NCBI RefSeq assembly: GCF_963921235.1
Contig: NC_086097.1
Location: forward strand, 180,732,001 to 180,796,000
DNA from: Mobula hypostoma
Lineage: Eukaryota
Direction: 5' to 3'
Length of the DNA stretch: 64,000 bases
In this document: piece by piece, positions 13,101 through 24,514 of the stretch
Layout of the letters: each line of letters begins with the position of its first letter
Numbering within the stretch: position 1 is the stretch's first letter
The notes under the pieces: model-generated
What the model saw: only the letters and a program-made list of their open reading frames with translations
What the model was told of the DNA's origin: nothing
Database searches by the model: none
Made by a program: the position numbers and the translations under genes

Positions 13101-13659
13101 GCAAATGAAAGAATTTGATTTAAAAGGAGTTAATGAAAGTACAGCAACTGTAGACAAGGCTGCTTAACTTTAGTTGTGGGGTATCTGCTAGGAATTATTA
13201 TCAGGGACAAAATTAATGGCTATTTGGACAAGTGCAGATGAATAAACCAGAGCCAGCAGAGGCGTATTAAAAGCAAATATTACTTAATTCATATGATTGA
13301 AGTTTTGACGAGCTGACAGCGGGTGCTGATGAAGTCAGTAGTTGAAATAGAGCCGGTGAACTTTCAGAAAACATTTAACAAAAAGCCACATAACAGATGA
13401 CAGGAAAACTAATGACCACCCTTCCCTCCCACACAGAACTCCATTTTTCTTTTATCCATGTGCCTATCTGAGAGTCTCTTAAATGTCCTGGATGTATCTG
13501 CCACTACCACTACACCCTGGCAGTGTGCTTCACACACCCATCTCATGTGCAAAAAACCTACCTCTAATATCCCTCCTGTGCTTTCCTCCAGCCGAGGTTG
13601 GTAGTGATAAGAGTGGCAAAAGGGTGCCTAGTCGTAGATGAAATTACTTCTGAATTTAA

Positions 13660-13990
13660 TAGGACAGCATTGTAATGTACTGTAATTCAGCTGGTAGTGT
13701 TCACAGCTCTGGTGACCTGGGTTCAATTCTGCACACCGGCACTGTTTCTGTGGAGCCTGCTTGCTTTCTCTTTGTGGACGTAGCCTGTGCGGATGTTCCT
13801 GTTTTTTTCCATTTCAAAAGCATTAATAGGTTAATTGGCTGCTGTAAATTGTCCTGAGTGTATAGTTGAATGGTACAATGTGGGGGGAGTTGGTGGGAAT
13901 GTGGGGAAATAAAACGGGACCAATGTAAGTGGATGGTTAATGGTTTGTGCAGAATCTGTGAGCCGAAGGGCCTGTTTCCATGTTGGGTGG
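13660..13990 (+). mobile_element. V-SINE/HE1-like SINE
   Basis: gacctgggttcaattc B-box; taggttaattggctgctgtaaattgtcc core; CR1-like 3' end gccgaagggcctgtttcc. Confidence 0.6.
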
Positions 13991-14770
13991 TTAAATGTAA
14001 ATGACAAGTTACAGAAAGAAGAAATGAGGAGAGGGAAGAAAATATAAAGTGCAATTTAAAGAGGGAACATGTCAAACCCAAGGGCATATATGCACAGATG
14101 TTTTGGAAGAGCCTGTTGAGAAAACTGTTAAAACATTATGTAGAATCCTGAGCTTCATAAGACTCAGATTCGAAAAATGAATAAACTGCTGTTAAACAAA
14201 AGTTCTGCACCAATTGTGGTGTTGCTTTGAACTTTGGGGTTACCAGGCCACAGGTTAAATGTGAATATGTTAGTAAGGGTGTATTAAAGATTTACTGAGA
14301 TTCCCAGGGATGAGGTTTTCTAGGTTACATAGAAAATAGGAGCAGTTCCCTTGAGCTTGCTGCACCTTTTTATTTTCTCTCAATCCCACATTCCAGCTCT
14401 CTCCACATACCCTTTGATACATTAGGTCCCATACACCTCCTTAAATATATTCAATGACAAGATCCACTGCCTTCTAGGGTAGAGAATGCCATCAGATTAC
14501 TTGAGGTGGCTGGAAACGCTGAGGTTATTCTCCTTGGAGATAGTTGAGAAGCAATTTGAAAAAAAGTGTTCGAAATCAAAATGGATGCATATACAGAAAA
14601 ACTGCTCCCAATGAAAGAAGTTCTGAAGACCAGGAATTACATACCTATGGAGGTTGTCAAAATAATTAGGGAAGATGGCATAGGAGCATTTAAGAGACTC
14701 TTAAGATTGGCAGATGAATGTGCAGAGAAAGGAAGGATATGGTCAATATGTGGGGAAAAGGCATTAGATT

Positions 14771-14951
14771 AATTTGGAATCATTAGTTTAATTACTTTGG
14801 CATTACATTATGGGCAAGTAGATTCTGGTAGAAGACAGCGCCGGCAAACAAGGGGAAAGGAATTATATTAATTGGGAATCATTAGTTTAATTACTTTGGT
14901 ATTACATTATGGGCAAGATGATTCTAGAAGAAGATGGCGCCAGCAAACAAC
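14771..14951. repeat. Diverged ~80-bp direct duplication (period ~99 bp)
   Basis: ggaatcattagtttaattactttgg...gcaaacaa occurs at ~14776-14851 and ~14875-14950. Confidence 0.8.
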
Positions 14952-17281
14952 GCAACCAAGGGTGATATCCTTCAGATGGTTCATGAAACTACTTCTTTTA
15001 CATCTTCTTTTTCTTTCAAATGTGATTCTATTACCATTGGAGCCTGTGATCTACATTTTGGTGGTGAGCATTCTGGTGCTTTGCTGTCTCTGAAAGGGTT
15101 CTGCAAGGCTTCGAGTAAAGTGTGCGGCCTGGAGGCCAAGAAGCCTAGAGACAGAGTACAAGCCTATGATCATCTCCATTTATCACCAATTAAAGTGCAG
15201 AGGAAGATTGAAATCACCAAGGTGTGCACAGAAGGCAGGAGGGTGCTCAGCGCCATCTACCATCCTCTTGCTCGCTACTGCCAGAGGAAGGTGTCTGTGT
15301 GTGATGGTCTTTCTCTCCCTCTTGCTTGTTGATGATGGAGGAAGATGGCTGTGTATGATGGTCTCTCTCTCCCCTCACTCACTGCTCTCAGAAGAAGGTT
15401 TCTGCATTCGTATGGTCTCTCTTTCTCTCCCTTGATGCTGTTGTAGGATGGTGTCAGAGTCTTGGGTCTTGGGCAAAGTTTAATCAATGCAGTTTGTGAA
15501 TTGGACTTTGTGGTTCACATTATGATGTGTTTCTGGTTTTTGGTCACTCTTTTTTGTTGCTATTTTGGGCAATTTTAAATCAGGACGGCTTGCAAATAAC
15601 AAACACTGAACTGAACTGAGTATGTCTGGACTTTTTTGATTTTATATTCTGTAATTTTTGCTCTTTTTTTGGTTGCCATTTGTGCATGGTGGGTGGTGCT
15701 GATGTTTTTATTTGAACAGGTTCCATGGTTTTCTTTGTTTGTGGGGAAGACAAATCTCAGGGTTGTTACTGCATACATACTTTGATCATAAATGTTCTTC
15801 GAATCTTGGGCTGAAGGGGCCTGTCCTATTTAATGTAACTACAAAAGACATGAAGACAAGGGTTTATTCTGGGAACATTCTCTGGAGAGACAGTGGCAGC
15901 AGGCTGATTAGTGACTCTCAAGAAAGAATTCCTCACTTCAAGGGAATGCATCTGTAATGTTGTGGGTAAGCAGACAGAATAAATAAAGGCAACTATGAGC
16001 TTCAACTGACAGTAGCTTGTGTCTGTGCTGCAGGGGTTCTGTGTTTCCCACGCTGAATGGTGAAAAACCCTGTGGAAATCGCAGAGTTCTGCTTGAATAT
16101 GCTGCTACTTTGCCCTTGTAGGTGTGCCAGGGGTTTGGGAGTGTGGGTGCTATTTGGTTCTGCATGGATGTACAGCTCTGTGAAGGTGTCAATGTGTGTG
16201 TATATTGCCTTTATATATGTGTATTTGAATCTTTTGTATCCTAAGTTATTCCTGTGTGATGCACACATCTGTTTGGGTGTCTGTACCTCTATGGGTGCGC
16301 ATGGTCTGTAGGTGTATCTAGAACTTCTGGTAAGTATGATATATAGGTTGTGAGTTGACATTCACATCTGGTGAATGTGTCTGTTGAAAAGAAGTGGCAG
16401 AAAACTAAAAATGAAGAACCAACATGGAGAGACCACTGAAGATGAACATATTAAAATCAAATTGAACTGAAGTTCTCCTGAGCTGTGCAGGATATCCCAA
16501 GACACACGACTTCCCTGCAAGTTAGATTTAGGATGCAATCACTGTTATGTTAGTGAGATCCCATCAAAAACAGTGAATGCTCTACTTTTGACAACAATGG
16601 CTGTGCAGATAGTTGGCCAAGACTGGTTCCTGAGAATAAAATGGTGGTGGCAAAGACGAAGATCTTTTGAGATTGCTTGTGCTCTGAATGTGGGCAGAAA
16701 TTTCAGAGAACCAAAGAAGTGTTTGAAAATAGCAAAGCTGATTTACAGAAGAGGTCCTGTGATGCACAATATATCCACCACCCTTTTATCCCACTGAGAA
16801 ATCAAACAGTAACAGACTACAATGCTATATCATTGTTTGAGCTGGCAGCAGTGTTCAGTACACACAGTTACAACATAAAATTACAGCTTTTAAGACAAAA
16901 CTTTTGGATGGCCCAAACTGTTTCCTCTGCTCAAGGGGACCAGCTGTTCCAACACAAGTGCAATACTTTTGTTTGTTTATACAAAGTACAAGGATAGCAC
17001 TAAGCATTTGACATACATTATTTCTAAGTGCAGCAACCGAGGTGAGTCTACATAGCAGACAGTTTGTGAGCATGCGTGTGCATACACTCACACACTCTGG
17101 CAATGAGATGAATGACTAACACACTGTAAATAGTTAAGGAATAAATTTTTTTCTTTTAACAACTAGAGGCTCTGGGACATCTAGTTGATCTTGGTTCTTA
17201 CTGTACAATACACTATTTACTGTACTGTACTGTACTATGTTCTATTAGCTTGACATGTTATCTGAAGAACACGTGTGTACG

Positions 17282-17286
<5 letters not shown>

Positions 17287-17312
<26 letters not shown>
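17287..17312. repeat. (CA)n microsatellite
   Basis: Direct reading. Confidence 0.9.
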
Positions 17313-17687
17313 GATACAATATAGGAGACCACAAGCTATTAATCCAGAATTGAAATGTCATTCAATCCTCTTCTAACTTGGGACACTGGGGCCTCTGCGG
17401 TGGCTTGGTTGAGACCCTCAATGAGGTTGTCTGGGATTTGGCACGCTGTCAAGTTCTCCAGAGCACTTTGGGAGGCAGCAGTCCCCTTACCTACAGCTCT
17501 CCATCCAGTCACTGCTTCTCTGAGATGGTACATCCACACTTTATGAAAGATGTGAACACTTTAGAGAAGATACCAATGGGAACTAGGCAAATGATTATAG
17601 GGCAAATGAATTTGAATTATACAGATAGACTTGAGAAATTGTGGTTGATCTACTTGTGATTGAGAAGATTGGGCAGGGGTCTGTGTA

Positions 17688-17860
17688 GGTACACAGACAA
17701 AATGTTGGTGGAACTCAGAAGGTCAAGCAGCATCTATGAAAATGAATAAACTGTCAATATTTCAGGCAGACACCCTTCATCATTTATTTCGATAGATGCT
17801 GCCTGACCTGCTGAGCTCCACCAGCATTTTGTGTGATTTCCAGCACCTGCAGGATCTCAT
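17688..17860. mobile_element. Short palindromic Penelope-derived insertion
   Basis: Inverted arms aaatgttggtggaactcagaaggtcaagcagcatctat / atagatgctgcctgacctgctgagctccaccagcatttt; 9-bp TSD GTCTGTGTA at 17679-17687 and 17861-17869. Confidence 0.75.
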
Positions 17861-19659
17861 GTCTGTGTAAAGGAACAATATTCACGAAGGCTATAGGCAG
17901 AACACATATATATTAGATAGTGCTGGAAGGATCAAGAACCAGAGGTTATAGAATTAAGACAATTAACAAAAGAACCAGATGTGATATGAGATAAAAAACT
18001 TTTTATGTTAAAGAGCAGCAAGCGGCGAGTTGATGGAGAAGCATTAAGCGAGATTCAATTGTAGAGTACAAAAGGGAAGTGGATTATAACCAAAAAGGGA
18101 AAAAAACTGTGGGGAGGGTCAGGACTGTGATTGGCTAGATTTTCTTACAGAATTCTCACATGAGGGTGTGCTCAGCAGGCTGAATGACATTTCTGTGACA
18201 CCATTCATAAGGCAGCTATCAAACTACGATCTTGTACCTCATTGTTTACCTGCACTGCACTTTCTCTGTAGCTGTTACAGTTTATTCTGCATTGTTATTT
18301 TACTCTGTTCTACCTCAATGCACTGCAATGATCTAATCTGTATGAACAGTATGTAAGAGAAGCTTCTCATTGTATCTTGGGTCATGTAACAATAATAAAC
18401 CACTTCCAAAGTACACTTCAATTACATTCTTAAATTGGAACTATTATAACATACTTCACATTGGGACCCAATCACCATGGGTAATACTAGTGGGCTGATT
18501 AATCAAATAAAAGAGGGTTGAGTGTGTACAGCGTACAAGGCTCAGACCTCACAACACCAGAGAAACAGACTCAAATATAGCCCAGACAGACCCTTGCAGT
18601 CAGTGTCAATCCCAAAAAGCCAATCTAAGGACAAGGAGTAGAATGGTCAGCACTTGAGACTGGGCAACAAAGGAGCTTCACTCTATTGGTCCAAGAGCCT
18701 ACGGTCTGTCATCCATCTGTAGCCAACGCAGGATCCGGAACCAAACCAGACGTGAATGAATAACTGTTCCACTTCCTGCCCACAAATGTGATAAGACCAC
18801 AGTGCACAGACAGAGCACGAGTGGTTAGAGAGGTGACATGATAGGTTCAGTGAATGCTTTGTTCTGGGGGTTCTGGTACTGTATCATGTCTCTCAGGTGA
18901 AGGTGTAAGTCTGAACCACCCAACTTCTGACAAGTGTGCTGCTGTTCATCTATTTAACGTCAAGAGTCCTACAGCTCAGAAAAAGGCCCTTCCACCTGGT
19001 TACCACCTCACAGGGAATTATGAGTCCTGTTTCCTCTGTTAATCAGCATTCCTTGGTGCCTCACAATTTACTGTGTGTGCCCTACTCCTATATGACTTCA
19101 CAAAATGCATCACTTCACGCTTGTCAGGATTAAATTCCATCTGCAAACAGTTAGCCCATTATATTCCAATGTCCCTTACACACCCTTCCTCACTATCCAC
19201 ACCACCAGGTTTCTTAACTAACTCCTACACCCGAGTAGAATTGGATCAACATTTAAAGGGAAAATAAGAGCAGGGAAGGAGCAAGTGATGCTAATTGGAG
19301 TGCTCAAACAAAGACTTGGCAGCACAAGCATGAGGGGCAGAACTATTTCCATTCCTTCTGTACTATTTCCATTCACTGATTCCAGTATCCCAACACTTAC
19401 AGCTGTTTTGTCTTCATCCAAGGAAAGGGTGGTCAATTATTGCAATTGCCTCAGACTCATTTTATAAGTTAACTGAATGTACCTGACTGAATTAGGTGAA
19501 TGCAGCAGGTCAGGTTTAAGGAGATGTGGGCTTGACTGCAAATTTCAAATTCTAGCTTTCATTTTAACATTGGGGAATGTTCATACAGAACTTTGCCTAA
19601 AGGAACCATGAGGTCACTGGGAGGCTGGGGAAAAGGGTCAGGTATGTTTCTTTTTTTCG

Positions 19660-19995
19660 GAATTCTTTCTTTAGAATCTGGGTGTATGCCTGTCCTTATT
19701 TGCCCTTAAATAGTGATTCATTGGACCATTTCAGAAGGCATTGAAGAGTCAACCATATAGTGTGGCTCTGCTGTCACAATTGGCTGAGAGGTAAGCACAG
19801 GACATTTCTTCTCCAAATGACATTAAACAAATGTTTTTTTTGATAAGCGGTAGCTTTTCCAGACATAATCACTAAGATTAGTTGTTTTTGATTACCAAAT
19901 TTAAATTGTAAAGTCCAAAGGTGAGATAGATACACCAGTCTCTGGATTATTAGACTCAGCTTCTAGTTGGTCTCATAACTTAAGCACTACACAAC
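19660..19995 (-). mobile_element. Old dispersed SINE-like repeat (family not named)
   Basis: Reverse-complement similarity to 40200-40395 and ~3900-4060 (tcactaatgtcc...ggaaggaaatctgc...gtggttga motif). Confidence 0.45.
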
Positions 19996-20479
19996 AACCC
20001 TGAAAGGGGGTTAAATGTATGGGTTGAATGGGGATGACAGAGTGAAGGGCTCATATCTGTCAAAGATTAAATGAATAGGTAGAGTATGATAGGGAGAGTG
20101 CACAGAATTTGAGAGAGAAGTGGCCTCAAAAGAACCAAAAGTTCTTTCTCATCAGTCACTTTTCTTAAAATTCTTATTAATTGCAAAACCTTTGTTGGAT
20201 ATTTTGTTTCCTACTTGATTTGCCACAGGGAACAAGTTGAGAAGGTGACTGAGATGCGGAATTTAGCCAAGCTCATCTGCGATGCTACCTCTAAGATTTG
20301 CTGAAGTTCAGTGACGTAAGGGCTGCTCAGGCTGGAGAATGGGCCACTTCCCACTCAGGTCAGCACCATTCAGCTGCCGGGCAGAGATCCCAGAGCTAAA
20401 GCCCCAGGGCACCTTGTCACCAGGAATGATGATTCTTACCTTTGGTTAAGTAGGGGATCCATGACTGGGTGATGCTAAA

Positions 20480-20485
20480 TTTATT
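20480..20485 (-). promoter_or_regulatory. Candidate polyadenylation signal of CHPF2
   Basis: AATAAA on the minus strand ~250 nt after the stop codon; use unverified. Confidence 0.35.
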
Positions 20486-20737
20486 TATAAAATACAGAGA
20501 TTGGAAAGGAAAGTGAGAAACCAAGGATTCTTTGTTGGATTGTACCTGAGATTAGATTGGATTTTCAATCAGCCTCCTTTTGAAGGATTATATGTCTTCT
20601 GTCTTTGTCTAAACAGGTAGGATTTGAACCAAGATCCCAGTGGCTAAAAGCCAAACTACAGTCCCCAGTGTAACAAGTTTCTCTAAGAAAATACTAGAAA
20701 GTCAAACCTTACATTAGTCCTTGCTACAGAGTCAGAT

Positions 20738-21997
20738 CTAAGTGCTATTGGCCTGCTCTTGTTCAAACATAGCCAAAGCCAGCTGGGAGCGTGATGCCAG
20801 CCCTTCCAGATTGCTAAGCATGCAGCGGTGATAGAGCTCCTCACTGAGCCTTGGGTTGCAGGTTCTGTAACTGTACTTCTGCACTAAGGCTGGCTCCACT
20901 GGTCGGAAGACATGCAGGCTGGAGTACTTGATGAAGACGTCATACAACTCCATGTTCTCCAGCATTTCATCATTGTCCAGGATGTCTGCTGCCATCTTGG
21001 TGCGGGCTGCCATGTAATCTGAGTTGAAGAAGCATGCCTCACTGAATATGCGCCGGTCAAAATGGCCATCCTTCACAAACTCAGCGGAAGAGGGGGTCTG
21101 CTGCTCCCGGTAGATGACAGCAGGGTTGTACTCCTGGAAGTGGATGGGAAAGAAGACCTGCCAATTACTTATGGTGTTCATGCGGCAACGGTTGAGAAAC
21201 TCACCGTTGATCTCAGTCCAGACACTAGCGATAAAGAACAAGGTGTCTACCGGATGCTTTTTGGAGATGATATCCATGATCTTAACCTGGGAAGGAATAT
21301 CCGTTTTGACGCTTATCCATGGGATCTTCACATCAGCGTATCGCTTCTCGATCTTGGCTATGGAGGACTTGACCCCTGCAAAAACATCATTCTGACTCAC
21401 GCGTTGTGCATCAAAGGGGTCGTAGATGAACAGGAATGTCAACAGCATATTGTCGTGTAAGTCCAAGCCATTCATGGAGTAGGCTTCCAGGAAGTTCCCC
21501 ACATAGTCCTGCTCGTGCACTGTCAGGGGCAGGATCACCTGAACCCGGGTGGCCTCGGTCACATACGGCATAGGGATGATCTCAACATTGCTGAGTGGCC
21601 GTAGCAAACTGACACGCTTTGCAATGGCCCGGCTGTACCCCTTCTGAGTATGGGCCTCCAGCACCAGATCCAGTGTGTACTCCATACCGCGTGTTGGATC
21701 GAAGCGCCGATAGCCATTGAGCAGCTGACGCTTGCGAAAATGTAACAAGGGCTGGTACTTTTCATTCAACTGCTGCACAGCTGTCTCGATAATGTCCTTG
21801 ATGTCTGCCTTGTTGATTCCGCGAAGTTCGCACTTGGGAGCCCCCTCGACACATGAGTAAATCTGCTCTTCTGTGAAATAGTCCCAGTTTATGACCTCAA
21901 AGCGGGTTTTGGGTTTGAATGGAGGATTGATGCCAATTGGCCAGGAGGCTCCCACTTCTCCCTCTGGTGTCAGCTTACTCAGGTTCTTTATTTCCAT
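20738..21997 (-). CDS. CHPF2: Chondroitin polymerizing factor 2 (chondroitin sulfate glucuronyltransferase), last coding exon
   Basis: 419-aa frame with LLNGYRRFDPTRGMEYTLDL, PMPYVTEATRV, SKKHPVDTLFF and C-terminus FEQEQANST (CHPF2-type as I recall it; CHPF ends EQEQGNST); phase-0 acceptor tcctctattgTAG|ATG, so the Met is internal. Confidence 0.93.
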   Translation of the reverse strand: MEIKNLSKLTPEGEVGASWPIGINPPFKPKTRFEVINWDYFTEEQIYSCVEGAPKCELRGINKADIKDIIETAVQQLNEKYQPLLHFRKRQLLNGYRRFDPTRGMEYTLDLVLEAHTQKGYSRAIAKRVSLLRPLSNVEIIPMPYVTEATRVQVILPLTVHEQDYVGNFLEAYSMNGLDLHDNMLLTFLFIYDPFDAQRVSQNDVFAGVKSSIAKIEKRYADVKIPWISVKTDIPSQVKIMDIISKKHPVDTLFFIASVWTEINGEFLNRCRMNTISNWQVFFPIHFQEYNPAVIYREQQTPSSAEFVKDGHFDRRIFSEACFFNSDYMAARTKMAADILDNDEMLENMELYDVFIKYSSLHVFRPVEPALVQKYSYRTCNPRLSEELYHRCMLSNLEGLASRSQLALAMFEQEQANST

Positions 21998-22094
21998 CTA
22001 CAATAGAGGATAACACATAAATGCTGTCAGTTAGATGGTTTCTAATGTGTCTACTTAAATGCGAAAAGTGTCAGCAGCAACAGTGAAGAACTTA

Positions 22095-24510
22095 AAGCAC
22101 GAATCAGTACATGGAACTACACTGTACACATTTGGCTGTCACAAGGTCGGGAACAGCCACTGGAAGTTCTGGATTTAAATGTTTCAAAAGAGACACGGAG
22201 GGAGGTGAAAGAGGTGGGTGAATAGCATTGCTAATCAGGGATAGTATCATAACTGTGGAAAGGGAGAACGACTTGGAGGGATCATCTACTGATTCAGTAT
22301 GGATTGGCACTTCCTCAATTTAAAAGATCAAGATGGGGCAGAATTTGTTAGGTGTTTTCAGGAAGGGTTCCTAACACAACATGTTGTCAGACCGACTAGA
22401 GGAGAAGCCATGCCGGATCCAGCACTAGGCAATGAATCTAGTCAGGTAACAGATCTTTCAGTGGGTGAGCATTTTGGAGATAGTGACCACAACCCCCTGA
22501 CTTTTAGCCTTGGACAGGGAGAGAAACAGACGATATGGAAAAATATTAATTTGGGGAGAGAAAGTTATGGTGTTATTAGCTAGGAAGTTGAGAGCATAAA
22601 CTAGAAACGCATGTACTCAAGGAAATGCACAACAGAAATGTGGAGATTGTTTAAGGAGCACTGAATGAGTTCTGGATAGGTTTGTCCCATTGAGGCAGGG
22701 AAAGGATAGAGAAATCATGGTTGACAAGAGACTTGAATATCTAGTGATGGGGAAGGAAAAAACATACATGAGATTCAAGAAGCAAGGATCTGGCAGGGCT
22801 CTTGAGAGTTATAAAATAACCAGGAAGTAGCTTATGAAGGAACATAGGAGAGGTAGAAGCGGAGATAAGAACGTCTCGGCGAGTAGGATTAAGGAAATCC
22901 TCAAGGTGTTCTACAAGTACGGGAAGAACAGGAGGATGACTAGAGTGATGGTAAGACTGATCAGGGACAAAAGAGAAAACATGCCTGGAGTCAGAGGAGG
23001 TGGGGGTGTCCTTAATGAATACTTTGTTTCAGTACTCACCAGTGAGAGGGACCTTGACAAATGTGAGGACAGCATAGAACATGTCGATGATAAGAAAGAG
23101 GATGTGCTGGAATTTTTAGAAAAACATTAGGATAGATAAGTCCCCAGAGCTGGAAGGGGAGATCCTCCAGGTTACTAGAGGAAATAAAGGAAGAAATTGC
23201 TGCACCTTTGGCGATGATCTTTGCATCCTCACTAGCCACAGGAGTAGTACCAGAAAATTGAAGGGTGTAAAACGTTATTCCTTTGTTCAAGAAAGGTAAT
23301 GGGGATAATCTTCAAATTACAGAAGAGTGAGTTTTAAATCAGTGTTGGGCAAACTACTGGAGAGGATTCTTAGAGACAGGATTTAAGAGTTCGAAGAAGC
23401 ATCGTCTGATTAGGGATCGTCACCATGGCTTTGTGAGGGACAGGTGGTGCCTCACGAGCCTGACTGACTTATTTGAGGAAGTGACAAAAGAAATTGATAT
23501 GGTGAAGCAGTCAATGTGGTGTATGTGAATTTTAGTAGTGTTCGACAAGGTTCTTCATGGCAGGCTCATTCAAAAAGTCAGAAGGCATGAGAGCCAGGGA
23601 AACTTGGCTGTGTGGATTCAGAAATGGCTTGCCCATAGAAGACAGACGGTGGTTGCAGATGGAGCATATTCTGCCTGGGGGTCAATGACCACTGGAGTTC
23701 CACGGAGATCAATTCTGACACCCCTGTTCTTCAAATTTTTGAAAAATGACTTGGATGAGGAAGTGGAAGGGTGGGTTAGTAAAACTGCAGATGACACAAA
23801 GGTTAGTGGTGTTGTGGGTATTGAAAAGGTTGTCATTGGTTGCAACAGGACATTGTTAGATGCAAACCTGGGCAGAAAGGTGGCAATGCAGTTCAATCTG
23901 GAAAAGTGTGAAGTGGTATACTTTGGAAGGTCGAACTGGAAGGCAGAATACAAGATTAATAGCAGGATTCTTAGCAGTATAGAGGAACAGAGGGATCTTG
24001 GGGTCCAAATCCACAGAATCCTCAAAGTATGCTGGCCTTCATTAGTCGGGGGATTGAACTCAAGAGCCACAAAGTAACGTTGCAGCTCTATAAAACTCTA
24101 GTTAGACCACATTTGGACTATTGTGTTCAGTTTTGGTCACCACATTATAGGAAGGATGTGGAAACTTTAGAATGTGCAGAGGAGTTAGACCAGGATGCTA
24201 CCTGGATTAAGGAACATGTCTTAAGCGGAAAGGTTGACTGAGCTAGGGCTTTTCTCCTTGGAGTAAAAGAGGATGAGAGGTAACTTGATAGAGGTGTTTA
24301 AGATGACAAGAGGCATTGATATAGTGGACAGCCATTGTCCTTTTTTTAGGGCTGAAATGTCTAATACAAGAGGACATAATTTTATGGTGACTGGAGGGAA
24401 ATATAGGCGGATGACAGAATAAGGTTTTATACACAGAGGGTGGTGGGTGCGTAAAACGTACTAGCAGGGATGGTGACAGAGGTAGACACATTCGGACTAT
24501 TTGAGAGACT
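22095..24510 (+). mobile_element. Older decayed CR1 LINE (ORF2); its 3' end resumes at ~28351-28470
   Basis: EGFLTQHVVRPTRGEA, GEHFGDSDHN, FDKVLHGRLI, KTADDTK, RPHLDYCVQFWSPHY with many stops. Confidence 0.85.
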
Positions 24511-24514
24511 ACTG

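Noticed and set aside
17339..17539. Possible minus-strand exon (AG...GTAAG signals, 66-aa ORF)
   Set aside because: No recognisable homology and no polypyrimidine tract; unsupported
1..20400. Exons of SMARCD3, the mammalian downstream neighbour of CHPF2
   Set aside because: No recognisable SMARCD3 peptide in the ORF track or by eye; very small exons cannot be excluded
20738..21997. Standalone single-exon 419-aa gene, or the paralog CHPF
   Set aside because: The ATG follows a splice acceptor and joins the 183-bp exon in frame; the EQEQANST ending and VDTLFF motif favour CHPF2
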